A DNA stretch of 64,000 nucleotides, taken from assembly GCF_009914755.1 (NCBI RefSeq), contig NC_060942.1. One strand, given 5' to 3'. The stretch comes from the human T2T-CHM13v2.0 reference genome, Homo sapiens. The notes under the pieces are model-generated. The model saw only the letters and a list, made by a program, of their open reading frames with translations, had not been told where the DNA came from and ran no database searches. Positions 29,733-46,362 of this stretch are shown in pieces. Every line of letters begins with the position of its first letter. Position 1 is the stretch's first letter. The position numbers and the translations under genes were made by a program.

Positions 29733-30003
29733 GTTTTTTTTTTTTTTTTTTTTTTTTGAGACAGAGTCTCGCTCTGTCGCCCAGGCTGGAGTGCAGCACA
29801 TCTCAGTTCACTGCAAGCTCCGCCTCCCGGGTTCACGCCATTCTCCTGCCTCAGCCTCCCGAGTAGCTGGAACTACAGGCGCCCGCCAACATGCCCAGCT
29901 AAATTTTTGTATTTTTAGTAGAGACGGGGTTTCACCGTGTTAGCCAGGATGGTCTCTATCTCCTGACCTCGTGATCCGCCCGCCTCGGCCACCGCGCCCG
30001 GCC
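29733..30003 (-). mobile_element. AluY with 31-nt internal deletion
   Basis: cgcctcggccaccgcgcccggcc lacks tcccaaagtgctgggattacaggcgtgagcc; TSD gaaaatctga. Confidence 0.88.
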
Positions 30004-30099
30004 GAAAATCTGAATATTTTAATGGAAAACTGGGAGTGAGATTCGGGAATTACTTGAGACCAACAATGATGGGTGGTGCCAGGAGAAAGCCAGGGTGGG

Positions 30100-30610
30100 A
30101 ACGGCCCAGGCGAGATGCGGGACCCTCCAGGTGCCGCCGCTCACAAGGACCCCTGACTCCTAGCGCACCCTCCCCTGGCCTTGGAGATTCCGCCGGGCTA
30201 GCGGCTACCGGGAGAAGGCGGTGGAAACTGTAGAGCCCGCGGCTCTGATTGGCTACCTCAGAGCAAGGGGCGGGGCGGCGGAGGACCCGAAGGGCGCGAG
30301 AGCGGAACACTGCGTACGCGCACTTCCGGTCTTTGTGGCTTGCAGCTCGGGGTGGGTGGCTCATTTCCTGGCCGCTCCTGGGCTTCGCGGTGAGGGACGT
30401 GGGCCCCTAGGAAGAGGGAGGTGGGGTTGGGAGCGCGCGCCGGACAGTGGAGGAGCCCCGCTCCTCGGCCTGCCCATCCCCAGGTCGCGGCCCTTTGGCC
30501 CGCGCGGCGTCTCCAAGCGACTGGGGAACTCAGAGGAGGCCAGCACTCAAACTCCTGCTTTCCAAAGGAAAACGCAGTTCCGCTGACCCCGTGACTTCGT
30601 AAATGCTGCG
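30100..30610 (+). promoter_or_regulatory. ZNF397: ZNF397 CpG-island promoter and non-coding exon 1
   Basis: CpG-rich; ATTGG 30248, GGGGCGGGGC 30267, NRF1-like TGCGTACGCGCA 30311, ETS CACTTCCGG 30321; donor GCG|gtgagg after 30389. Confidence 0.85.
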
Positions 30611-31750
30611 GTTTAACCAAGGATATAAAAATAGAAGGGCTAGTTAGTTAGTTAGTTAGTGCGGCCGGACTGGTTAAACCTTAAATTTGTAGGCTAAATA
30701 TTTTAATTCATCTCTTAACGTTAACCGTAGTGTGAGGAATGAATTTTACTCATCTGTCCTGACAAACTAAGGGCATACATTCCTATCGATATCTCGCCAT
30801 CCTAAAAGCAGGTCAAGTTTGGTCTGTGTCACAACATTTAATACCTATTTGTTACCATATTTTGCTTTTGAACATTTTTAGTCTTGGGATATTCTAAGCT
30901 TTTTCAGAACTGATACGGATCTCTTTGCTGCTTTTGTGTATGTGATACCTATCATGTTTTTGAACACATGGTAAGCATTTTACAGATACGTCTTGGTTCT
31001 TGGTCAATTCCTCTGTAGACTCGTTTATTCATAAGCAAAAATCTTAATGCTCAGTAAGTGCCTCAGTGTTTGTTGAAGTAATTCGGTAAACACCAAATGC
31101 GATCAAATGACAAATATCCAATATTTACATCAACTCATGTTTAATGTGAACTTTTAAAAAAACGTTATTACTGCCTTAAATGAAAATCAACATTACTTGC
31201 TTTAGATAGAAAGTAAGTAAAAATAAATGTTTAAAATCAGTATTACTAAATTCTGCCTAAATATTTTTACTCTTGGAAGTCTGATTCTGAAGCCTGTATT
31301 TTATTTAAAAGAGAGTTCTACAAGTTTTATTAATACATACATGTTAAAGATAGACTTTTCTCCTTGATACAATCAGAATTGAAAGAATTGGAAAGGAAAT
31401 TTTCTCACTATGTGATTGATGTTAATGTTGCATTCACATTCTTAGGCTTCTAAAATAGTTTTTTCTAACATTAGTGGTAGGAATTCTTCATAATGGGAGA
31501 CACTAATTGAGGTTAATGATTTTTAGTTTATCATCACATTATTGTTTTATTTAGTGATAGCCCCAAATCTACTCCCTTTCAATATATTACTAAAGTTACT
31601 CATCTTTCTTATTACAAGTACTTAGAGATTTTATTGATTGCTGTAAGTTAACTGCTTTTATATCCTTCAGGAAAGAAGAGATTACTCACACTCCTTCTCA
31701 AGCACAGAACCAGTTGTACTGAGCTTTTTGCTAAGCTGTTTCAGCCAAGA

Positions 31751-32164
31751 ATGGCTGTGGAATCTGGAGTGATTTCAACCCTGATACCTCAGGATCCTCC
31801 GGAACAAGAACTAATACTAGTGAAAGTAGAAGATAACTTTTCCTGGGATGAGAAATTTAAGCAGAATGGGAGTACTCAATCCTGCCAAGAATTGTTTCGT
31901 CAGCAATTCAGAAAATTTTGCTACCAGGAGACACCTGGGCCCCGGGAGGCTCTGAGCCGACTCCAGGAACTTTGCTATCAGTGGCTAATGCCAGAGTTGC
32001 ACACAAAGGAGCAGATCTTAGAACTGCTGGTACTGGAGCAGTTCCTGAGCATTCTGCCTGAGGAGCTGCAGATCTGGGTTCAGCAACATAATCCAGAAAG
32101 CGGCGAGGAAGCTGTGACCCTGTTGGAGGATTTAGAGAGGGAGTTTGATGACCCAGGGCAGCAG
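31751..32164 (+). CDS. ZNF397: ZNF397 coding exon 1 (SCAN domain)
   Basis: [10 protein letters not shown]...[27 protein letters not shown]...[12 protein letters not shown]; acceptor ends 31670, donor CAG|gtggga. Confidence 0.95.
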
Positions 32165-32431
32165 GTGGGAACGGAGAAAAGTGATGTGGGAAAAGGAATT
32201 TACAGCCTGGAGCATGTAATGGTATCATAACAGTAGGATAAAAATTTTTATGTCTCTACTGAACCCTAACCTGAAGTGACTAATAGAGCCATACTTGTCT
32301 ATACCCTTGAATGGTCTTTTTCCCCTGTCCTTCATCCCTGGAGATGTCATCATTGACCTCTTTGAGATTTTTACTAAGCAAGTTTTCTTAGGGATTTTCT
32401 CACAAAGCTAACCATATTTTACTGATTTCAG

Positions 32432-32573
32432 GTCCCAGCTAGTCCACAGGGACCAGCAGTGCCATGGAAGGATTTAACATGTCTCAGAGCATCCCAAGAG
32501 TCAACAGACATCCACCTCCAGCCCTTAAAGACACAGCTGAAATCCTGGAAACCATGCCTTTCCCCTAAAAGTG
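32432..32573 (+). CDS. ZNF397: ZNF397 coding exon 2 (linker)
   Basis: tttcag|GTCCCAGCT...AGTG|gtgagg; 142 nt, frame-compatible with both neighbours. Confidence 0.92.
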
Positions 32574-34453
32574 GTGAGGAATGGGAAATCATCTGGAAAC
32601 TCTTGACACTTAGGCCTCTGTTTTTGAGAATGCAGAATTAATTGCACTTGACAAACTTGCCACATGTGAGCATCACCTTTATTATTCTAAACCAGAGGTG
32701 CTCGCTTTAGCGGCTTTGTATTCACCCCTCATGAATTGCTGTCAGCCCTCCTGTGTGAGTTTCCCTGTTATTCATTCATTCATTTCATTATGTTGTAACT
32801 TTATAAAGCGTCAATACATGTCTGGTACTGTGGTAGGCCCCAGGAGAGGTTTCAGGTCTAGGTGGGTGATGGACAAATAAAAAGGCAGTTGCAATGTAGT
32901 AAATTATAGAATATAAGTAGGCAGTGGGTACTGTTGGAGCACATCTAAAGGCACCTAACCCAATCTTAGAGGATCAAGGAACACTTCCTGAAGGAAGAAA
33001 ATCTAAGCTAAGACTTGAACTATGAGTAAGAGAAAGCCAGGTAAATAGGTGGGAGGAGGAGTAGCCCAAGTACAGGCCATACCATCCCGAAGGTGTGAGA
33101 ATATAACCCATTCTGAAAATTGCAGGTAGTTTAATTTGACTTGAATGGAGAATTGACAGGTGGTAAGAGAAGAACCAGAGAGGAAAATAGGATCCAAGTC
33201 ATGAAGACCTGTATGTCATGCTAATTTGTTTGTATAGTTTCTTAAGTGCAGTGGGATGCAGTTGAAGGATTTTGGACAAGGAGTGACATAGTTTGATTTG
33301 CAGTTTAGAAGTTAGCTGCAAATGGAGAATCATGTAAGGAAGGCAAGAGTATAGTCCTATTAAAGACTGCTGTAATCCAAGTGGCCACAGTGTATTCAAT
33401 CAATATGTGTTATGGTAAGCGGTGGAGAACATAAAAGCTGACTCCTGTTCAACAGCATTTAAGTTGTTTTGCAACATCTGGTAATTATTAAAACTAGAGT
33501 GTGAGGGAGAGGAGTTGAGGATGATACTGAGGTTTCAGTCTTCAACAGTCTGGTTAATGGTAGTACTGTTCATGTGAATGAGAAAACATAAGGAAAAACA
33601 AATACATCTGATGATGTGTTTAGGTTGGTACATTTGGTGCTTGTGAAATATTCAAAAGTAAAATGCCCAATTAGCATAAGACTCTAGAGCTTAATAAAAT
33701 ATGGATATAATTGGGGATCTGGGCAGACATTAGTCAGACAATAGCTTACAATGTAAGATGTAATGGAAGCCAAGGGTAGAGAGTTTGTAGAGTAAGGATA
33801 CATGAGAGCCCAAAACAGAATCTGGAGGAACGCTCGTGTTTGAGTGATTTACCCTAGAATCTAAGAAGGAACAGCCACAGAAATCAGGCTAATATCACTG
33901 GAAGAGAATGTCTCTAGAAGGAAGGTGTGATCCTCAGTGTCAATGCTACAGAGAGGCTAAGTAATAATCTAGAAAGTACTTAGTGGATTAAAGAGCTATG
34001 AAGTGATCTTGATGAGAGTAGTATCAGTGGAAGTAGGGGACGGGGCGGTGGGGGGCGGGGGAGGACAGTAAGGCAGAAACCAGATTGTGGAATGAGGATA
34101 CTTTCACTTGAAAGGCTGCAGACAACTCTTTCAAGAAATCACTATGAGAGAGTGAGGTTGCGAAACCACTTGAGAGAGAGTGAGGTTGCTTGAGGGAGAT
34201 ATGTAGGCAAGAAGGTTGATTTTAAAAGGTGAGAGACACTTAAGCTTATTTAAAAGCTGATGAACAGGAATCAGTTGAGAAAGAGATTGTAAATAGTAGA
34301 AAAAAATTGTAGGTAATTTATCAGTTGATGTCTCAAAAGAGGCAGGAAAGGATGGAATTCGAAGTGTAGATGTAGACTTTATTATTAGATAAGAGAGACC
34401 CTCTTTTGGCCAGTTGAAAAAAAAGATACTGGAGGACAGTGACATCTTTGTAG

Positions 34454-35590
<1,137 letters not shown>

Positions 35591-36943
35591 TTTGTGAATA
35601 CTGTGAATAGTGTAAATACTTCAGTCAGATTTTTAAGTTTGTTAGTCAAAAGAGTTTACTTTGGAGCAAAACTCCATAAAGGTTATAAAATACTAGGTCT
35701 TGAGTCTAGCTTGCTTTGTGCAGCATTTCCCAGTGCTAATGTAAAGTGTCCCTTGAAAGCTTTTCCTGTGACTAATCAGAACAGAATACAGAAGAATCAT
35801 TACTTCCAGCTCTTCTCTTATTAGGAATACTCAGGAAATACGAAAAGTGGGAATGTAACATTGAAACCTCATTTTGTATGAAAGTGTCATGAATATAGCA
35901 ACCCAGGCTCTGTCACTGCATCTGATTGTTAGTGTGCCAGGTTATGGGGCTTGTGTGGACTGTGTGAGGCACTTCGACTCAGGAACTAAAAAAAAAAAAA
36001 AAACTGACCCAATAAAGAACAGTGACAGAGCAGCAGGAAAGGTGGGGAAATGGCTTCATCAATGATTTGTTGAGCCCAGGGCAGGCCAGGAATTAGATAG
36101 GCATGAGAAGAAAGAATATAATTTACCCAAAGGTTATTTTTTGAGTACCTACTTTGTCCCAGGAACTAGGAATACAGTGGAAAACAAGACTGTAGTCTCT
36201 ACAGTCTAATGGGCAAGGCAGCCAGACAGGCAGTGAAAGTGGAATGCTCCTATGTGACCTTAAGGAGCACCTGACTCAGCCTTGGATAAGGAAATGGGGG
36301 AAATGGCCTGAAGGATGAGGAGGAGTTAGCCAAGGTGGTACTCTAGGGAAGTGGTACCCCAGTAAAGAACAGTAGCCAAAGGCCAGAAACAAAGTGTGGA
36401 GCATTCCTTGAGTTCCTGTTGTAGTGAGGTCTTGTCTGTCAGAGAAGTCTGGGTCTGGCCAGACTCTTAAGCAGTGCCAATGGAGAAGTTCCTGTTAATA
36501 GACAAAACCTGGAGCCCTTGGGCCACAGGGTAGTCAGGAGCTTTGTCTTGGTTTATGTGACCCCAGGGAAAGGGCAAATATGTGGTTTCCTTGCCCAACC
36601 TGTAGGCTATCCTAGAACTTCCATGAGGGTGGTGGTGGGAATGAGGGTGAGAAAGAGCCCAGCCTATACCTCAAGAGTCTGCTAGAGTGTTAAGACTCTA
36701 TTCTCCTTTGATTCTAAAGACAATATCAGAGCTGCTGTCAGGTTTCTTAAAATTCCCAACGCTCTGGATCAGAAGCTGCCATATCATTTGTTTCTGGGGC
36801 TATACGCCCACAATTCCTAGTACATTCCCTTGGGCTTTGGTGCTCAAAAAATATTTGTCAGTTGCTGGGTCTGTGACATTCTTTGGGCACCTCGCACATG
36901 TTCAGTTTTGTCTTATGTCACCAGTATTTCACAATATCTTTTG

Positions 36944-37252
<309 letters not shown>

Positions 37253-37842
37253 CATCTTTTGCAAATTTTATTAAAGACAATGCTAAAAGGAAGTGACAAC
37301 TGAAACTAATGGTCACAGTCAGTCAAGACTTCCCTTTTCTGAGGGGCCTAGCAGGAAGAGAATATTTAGACTGATGCTTAGTGTAAGAAGGAATGTTGTA
37401 CAGGTTAACCAGCAACACAAAGACATATTCAAAAGACCTAATAGGTCAGAAGAATAACATACCACACCAAAAACAAATCTGTATGGAAATCTAGAATCAT
37501 GTGCATAGAAAAAGAATTTTCATGAGGATAAAAAGAAGCAAAGAGAAGTAATGCTCTTATTGGGGCGTGCATCAGTGGACATGTGCTAACCAGTAAGAAC
37601 AGCAGGAGGCCTAAATGCCCATGTTTAGGGAGAGAATATGGAAAAAATGGATGGGATTATTTGGAAAAGATGTAAGAGATTAAAATACGTGGTAAGAGCT
37701 ACTCAACTCTTGTTTTTCTCCTTTTCCATAGATAAAGACCTGAACAAACTGAAAAGGTAGGACGTAAAGTAGGAATTGTAAAACGGAAATACTCTTTATA
37801 TAAGAAAGCTCTACTGTATGTCAGAAAGCAATGTAATAGATA

Positions 37843-38145
37843 GACCAAGCACAGTGGCTCACACCTATAATGCCAGCACTTTGGGAGGCCAAGGCTGGAG
37901 GATTGCTTGAGTCTAGGAGTTCAAGCCGAGCCTGGGCAGCATAGTGAGACCCCATCTCTACAAAAAATAAACAGAATTTGCCAGACGTGGTAGTGCATGC
38001 CTGTAGACCCAAGTATTTGGGAGGCTGAGGTGAGAGGTTCGCTTGAGCCCTGGAAGTCGAGGCTTCAGTGAGGCAAGATCACACCACTGCACTCCAGCCT
38101 GGGAGAGCAAGACCCTGTCTCCAAACCAAAAAAAAAGGAAAAAAG
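37843..38145 (+). mobile_element. Alu (AluJ-like)
   Basis: Alu body; flanks aatgtaatagata. Confidence 0.88.
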
Positions 38146-38610
38146 TAAATGTAATAGATACTTGCTAAGGGCTTTGTATATACTTATTATTGTTATTTCT
38201 CAGCACGTATGTAGCAGATGAGGAAATGAAGGCTAAAGGTCATATATCTACAAAGTGGGGAGGTCAGACTTTGAACCCACAACCTGACTGTGGAGCCACT
38301 TCAGTATACTCTCTCCCCATAAGAAAGTTCCAATAGAAAAAAAATGCTACTTAAGTAGGGAAATCACAAAATAAGTGCCAATGAACAATAAATGTTCAAC
38401 CTCACTACAGTTAAAATGTATATTAAAGCAAGAGTTGAGATGACACTTTTCCTTATAAAACAGACAGGGATTCAGGGACATTGGGACTCTAATGCTGCTG
38501 GTAAGACATGAATAAATACATACCATCTCTGGCAATCAATACCAGAAGCTTTAAGCATTGCCTTTTGACTTTGAAATTGTACCTGGAAATGTATGTTTCA
38601 GTAACCATCA

Positions 38611-38990
<380 letters not shown>

Positions 38991-40361
38991 TCATGATATA
39001 TTGTTAAGTAAAAATATTACAAAACAATATGTACAGTATGATCCTATGTAAAATATATATTTATGTATTAAAAATACTGAAAACATAAAGTGCTATACTG
39101 GTTATGTGTGGGTGCTGAGGTTGTAGGTGATGTAATTTTTTTCTTGTGCTTTTTTGTGTTTTCCAAATTTTTCTATAGTAAACCTCTAATACTCTTAAAA
39201 TTAGGGGGCAAGAGTGAATGGAATCCCAGGATGCTTGAGAAAATATTTTAAAAGCACTTGCTTTTCATAGCATCTCTTGTCTCTTCCAAGTTTCAGGAAA
39301 TTAGCTAACTTGTTAACTCTGATCCCTTCATCACTGGTAAAATGACAATGGTAAACATAACCATCTCACACCTAGTATATTAAAAAGTCTACAAAGTATA
39401 AATCTGGGTGCAAAAGGAATTCTTGCCTGAAAGATTTACAGTTGAGAAAAGCAATAGCTTTGAAGTGGAGATCTTTGATTATTAGAGTTTTTCCATGTAT
39501 TCCATAGCCATAAGCAAGTCATCTTCCAACTCTAGACCCTCACTTAAAGGAGCTGATGTAGATGATCTCTTATGGTCAAAACTTCAACATTCCACTTTTT
39601 ATGAAATGGAAGGGGCACCAATATAGGGTGGATGTCAAAGGAAATTTTTTCGTCTTCACCACTCTTGCTTGGAAGAAAAGTAATTCATGCCTTTCCCTTC
39701 TGCTCAGGGCTGTCCTGTTTCTCTTGGTATAGAAGCAGTCCAGGGAATAATAATGTCTACCTTAAATGAGTCTTAAACAGATTTTAAAAGATAATGTGCA
39801 ATTTAGGCAGTGTACTTAACTTTGATTTCCTGCCTTTCCCCTTCCCTCATTTCCATAGCCTGCAACTAATACATCCAGCTGAAAGGATTGGAAATTTAAA
39901 GCAAATCTGACCCTCATCTCTCCAAGCTCATTGAAGACCTGCTGAGGGAGGAGGTGGTCATGGCAGGTCCACAGGTCTAAGCTTGGTCCTTCTCAGCAAT
40001 TAGTGTTGAAGATTCCAGTCTGGTGCATACAGCCACCTCCACTAAAGGGAAGAGAGAGTCCTAATTCTGGTGAACACAGGACGTGTTTGTGTTTAAGAGG
40101 CTCCTTCTTGCTCTCATTCCCATTGTCTTCCAACAACAACTAAATCTCAGATGCCCCCTCACTTTGGTTAACTGCAGCCCCAGAGACTGTCTCTTTTAGT
40201 TTCCCGACACTTTTTGGCTCAGAAAATAGAAACTGAGAACACCAGTTCCCTATCTTCTTCCCACAACCTCTTCCCCATCGTCCTAGCATTATCTCTGTTC
40301 ATGTTATTGTGTTCCGTATTCCTGAATGAATAATTTCAAAGCAAACTTTTAAAACTCAAGT

Positions 40362-40367
40362 TTTATT
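40362..40367 (-). terminator. ZSCAN30: Candidate ZSCAN30 polyadenylation signal
   Basis: TTTATT on + (AATAAA on -) ~2.4 kb past the stop codon; usage inferred. Confidence 0.45.
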
Positions 40368-40794
40368 GCAATACATCTTGCATTACATTCTAATAATAAA
40401 CGGTTGAAGTATAAATTTTGAAATTAGTTACCAAAAATCATTTACTAAACAGTAGTTTTACTAAAAATACTAGGATTGGGAAAAATAAACACTAATAGAA
40501 AGTACTCCAAAATGTTAACAACGTTTCTATGGGCATTGGGATTGGGGGTGGTTTATACTTTCTCATTTTCTGTATTACCAACACTTACAATTCACAATCA
40601 GGAGAAAAACCTATTATATGATACTTAAAACATTAAATCTCTGATTGTCACCTATAGGAAAAGGCAACTCACTATCCATTTGAAAGATCCCTTTAGACTT
40701 CTGATCGACCTCACTCGATAACTGCACAACCTCTGGACACAAAGAGGCCGAATTGTCCCCCCAATTTCACCTCCCCTATTACCCACAACAGCAG

Positions 40795-41152
40795 TGATAT
40801 GGTTTGGCTCTTGTGTCCCCACCCAAATCTCCAATAGTAATCCCCAGGTGTTGAGGGAGGGTCGTGGTGGGAGGTGATTAGATCATGGGAGCAGATTTCC
40901 CCCTTGTTCTCATGATAGTGAATTCTCATGAGATTTGGCTGATTGATAAGTGCCTAGCATTTCCCCTGCACTCTCTCTTGCCACCTTGTGAAGAAGGTGC
41001 TTGCTTCCCCTTCGCCTTCCACCATGATTTAAGTTTCCTGAGGCCTCCCCAGCCCTGCAGAACTGTCAGTCAATTAAACCTCTTTTTTTTTTTTAATAAA
41101 TTACCCAGTATCAGGTAGTATCTTCATAGCACTGTGAAAATGGACTAATACA
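40795..41152. mobile_element. MaLR solo LTR (THE1)
   Basis: TGATATGGTTTGG...ACTAATACA, TSD AGCAG. Confidence 0.9.
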
Positions 41153-42734
41153 AGCAGTGATCACCAAGTCTTCTTTAGAAATGACACTACCTAGGATATC
41201 TTAGAAGAGGAATCAAACTTTCTTTTAGGTATTAATTGCCCTCAGCAATTGTGGGTTAATTAAAACTGCCAAAATAAAAATTAGCAGAGAGAGTTACAGG
41301 CAGAGGTTATAGCCCATACAATGGCATGAAGATAAGATAGGATCTGGAGACAGCCCATCATCAGGACTCTTCTCTCCAGCAGGAATTAGTTGTCATAAAG
41401 CCTGGCTCAGAATCCCCATGTGTTGCTTTTCCTCTTCCTACTTATAATCACTGAGTTGGGGAGCCTATTCTAGACCCAGAATGACCTGTGAGACTCTGAA
41501 GTACTCAGAATTAGTGTGGTGAGAGACTGGTGCATTTTATGGGAAAAGGCATGTATATACACAGGGAAAGAATGCATATCAGAGGCTAGAGAGACAGTGG
41601 GGACTGGAGTGTTTGTGTCCCATGACTCTGGGACTCAGGCAGTGGGAAGTATAAAGGAACACGGTGATCTGCCTTCCCAGGCTCTGCTATTCCCCATTCC
41701 CTGCCCACACCCCTCCTTACCAGGCTTGCAGGCCCTGAGCTATTATACTTGAGGGCAATAAATATTTGTTGAATTACTCCTTCAGATTCATTTTTTTAAA
41801 AATTAGGTCTATGACAATTTCTGCAGTAGAGAAGAGTCTTCATGGAGTGTCTCCAGATCCTGTTCTCTTCTCCCCTGCCCTTGCTACCTTCTACCCACCT
41901 TTACGTCTGAGATACCATCATATCCAGGAAGTCTTTAGTGACTCATAGACCAGATTTAGGTATCCCTGCCATGTACTTTGATGGAAACCCGCATTTTTCC
42001 TACCAAAGCACTTACCACACTTTACTGTAATTACTGTTTAGTATATATGCATATCCTATTAGCCCTTAACTCTGGGAGGGCAATGACCAGGTCTACCTCA
42101 ATGCCTAGCACATAGCAGGTGCTCAATAAACTAGTAGACTTGAATTAACCTCAGCAGGAAGCTCAGGATTGAGGAGACAACTGGCAAGGGGGCAGAATGA
42201 GGCACCATTCCTCAGGTACTATTTTACTGCCTCAGATATTATTAAACTAATAGCATAATTCAATATTTTCACAACCTCCAAATTCAACATTTCAGATAGT
42301 TGAATAACTCTCAGCACATGCCTCCACCTGACAAAATACAAATGCTCTTGCCAGGCACATTTGCCATCTTATAAGAAGCTCTTTCAGGATCTCTGCCCCA
42401 ATCCTGGCATTACTGTGAAGGTGCCCAATGGAAATTATATCTGAGTTGGCAGAGAGTGGAGTGAAGGGGATATTGATGAGTCTCATCCAGAAATGGGTTA
42501 GGCATTTCAAGGAAATATCTACCATTCTTTTTGGAGAAGACTTGGGTAACATTTTTCTTCCATTTAACACTTCAATAATCATAACAAACATCTTTGTGTG
42601 CATGTCTTCTTATAGTACCGAACTGGGAGGGAAGGACAGAAGTTCTGCTCTCAGGAAACTTTTCTTTTCTGTGGAGTCTCACCCCTACAGTGAACTCCTT
42701 GCATTTCACAATTGTACAACTCTTACCCACAGAG

Positions 42735-43694
<960 letters not shown>

Positions 43695-44477
43695 TCATTT
43701 ACTTCCCATGACAGAAGAAACTGTTGTAGCAGGAACACAAACTCAATGAAATAGGTATTTATTTATTAGGAGGACAGTTCTCAAAACTAGATTCCCAATC
43801 TAGAATTCAGAGAAGTGGCCTGGGGTAGCCAAATATGGCCCCCTTGGAGAGTAAGGTAGACAAAGAAATGAATTAGTATTGGAGAAGAGGGATGGTGAAC
43901 AAGGAAAGACATTAGTTAGAGGGAATGGTGACAAACAGGAATATTGGCGATAAACCAGGAAGCTAGGAGACAATCTTGGGTTAGAGAAGATACGTTTTTA
44001 GGTAATGAGATAATCAGGAAAAAAAAGTTAAAAGGAATGATCAGGATAAAGAAAGATATCTAAGAGTCTTAAATCTGTGGTCTTCTATCAATATAGGAGA
44101 GCAGAAGATATGATTAGGAAATGCTTTGGGAGTTAGCACTGAACAGAGGTAGCTGGGCAGCAACTAGAAAGCATTAAGGCAATTTCAGATTCTGATAGGT
44201 TCCAAATGAATTAAATAATTATAAGCAAATAGAATAAGACACAGACCCAGAGAAAAGAAATACAGGTTCCTGACTCATTCTCAGGTCAGGTGGGAATTTT
44301 TTTTAACTTTAAAAAAAATTTTGCACTTAAATCATCCATGGAATACAAAAGAATCTTATAGTTTTACTTTTTAAAATGTATAAGTATCAAAGAAGGGGAT
44401 GGAGACAACTCCTTCTTTGAGCATTTATACCTAAAAACATGACTGCCCAGAGCCAGACCTTCTGGCTCTCACAAAAC

Positions 44478-44636
44478 ATGCCCCATCTCTAGTAGTCTCC
44501 TGTTATGAGTTACTGGAAATCTCTCTAGATAACTACAGTAACTCATAACAGAAGGCTACTAGAGATGGGGCATATTATGTCAGCCATCTACTAGTTATAT
44601 CTAGAGATTTCTAGTAACTAGAAATGGCTGATATAA
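44478..44636. repeat. Double inverted repeat (38-bp and ~22-bp stems)
   Basis: 44478-44515 is the reverse complement of 44536-44573 with 2 differences; second stem 44575-44597 / 44615-44636. Confidence 0.9.
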
Positions 44637-45561
44637 CTTGAATTATTTTATTCTGAAAAATACATCTTCCCAAAAGCCCTCTAAATGTATATGCATTTTA
44701 CATATCAGGAAACTGAGGCTCAGAGAAGCTAAGTCTGGCCATAGAAGTAATAATTGCTAAGAGTTAGGATTCAAATAAACATTCTTAACATCAAAACTTG
44801 TAATCTTTATGCTATCTGCCTTCCATATTGGAAGGATGCAGGGCTGTAGTTGCACTGAAACAAAATATAACTTAAAAATCATTTAAATTTGGCTTTGGAA
44901 AAGCATTATGCTTTTATATAAAAATGAATACCTATTTCTGATATTAAGTTCACAACACTTCAAACACAACAATAAAGCACCACAATTGATACCTGATCAA
45001 AGCAGAGGGTTGTCTGGCTTCCCGTTTTCCCCATTCCTTACCAGAAATTAAACACAGATGACATCACCTCTAAAATTCATATTGTCCTTGGATTTTAGAT
45101 AGAAATTTAAATTATTCATTGTTTCATTCAAAAAGAAAACATTTATGAAAAATATACTTGCATACAATAGAGGCATAAAAATTAAAAGTACCAAATAGGT
45201 TAAAGTCAGAGACCCAACAACCTAATGAGAAATTTTCTGAAAGTAATAAATAGGTCAAATTATTAAGAGCATCAATTATAGGGTATAAAGTGGCAATATA
45301 ATTGTGTAGGGACAAAATTAAGGGCAATGAAAATTAGAAAAGCAATGTAACTTATGGGATTTAAATACGTCTTCAAATTCTGTAACTATATGAAGTCAAA
45401 TTATGAGACCAGAGAAAAATTTTGTCCTCAGATGTATACATCAGGAAGACATCAAGATTTTTATTTGTTCAACTATACATTTATTATTATATTTAAAAAG
45501 TTGGAATAAATAGCTAACTAGAGTAATTCTTAGAAAAGACAAATAGAGATTACAAGTAGAG

Positions 45562-45850
<289 letters not shown>

Positions 45851-46042
45851 TTACAATAAGAAATGGTCACTTGATTATTCAGAAATACTTGCATAGAGAG
45901 AACCCAATTACTATCTCCCAAGAATGAAAACTAATTTGTAATCAGGCTCAAGTCTGGAGGCTGGAGGGTGGGGTACAGATTTATAAGAGGCTCTTTGGAG
46001 GAGAAATAAGGCACAGGTATCTCTGTTAGAAGAGCTCTTCTG

Positions 46043-46362
46043 TTTTTGTTGTTGTTGTTGTTGTTTGTTTGTTTTTGAAACAGAGTCTTGCTCTGTCACT
46101 CAGGCTGGAGTTCAGTGGTACAATTATCAGCCACTGCAGCCTTGAAATCCTGGACTCAAGGGATCCTCCCACCTCAGTCTCCCCAGTAACTAAGAGTACA
46201 GGTGCACATCATTGCATCCAGTTAATTAAAAAATTTTTTTTGTAGACACGGGGTCTTGCCATGTTGCCCAGACTGGTCTTGAACTCCTGGTCTCAAGCAA
46301 TCCTCCTGCCTCAGCCTCCCAAAGTGATGGAACTACAGGCACGAGCCACCACACCCAGCTAG
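46043..46362 (-). mobile_element. Alu (AluJ-like)
   Basis: (GTT)n tail plus reverse Alu. Confidence 0.85.

Noticed and set aside
30036-30620. Overlapping ORFs at the ZNF397 CpG island
   Set aside because: Stop-poor GC-rich promoter DNA; no domain similarity.
34036-34062. G-run cluster (possible G-quadruplex) in the ZNF397 intron
   Set aside because: Common motif with no other supporting signal.
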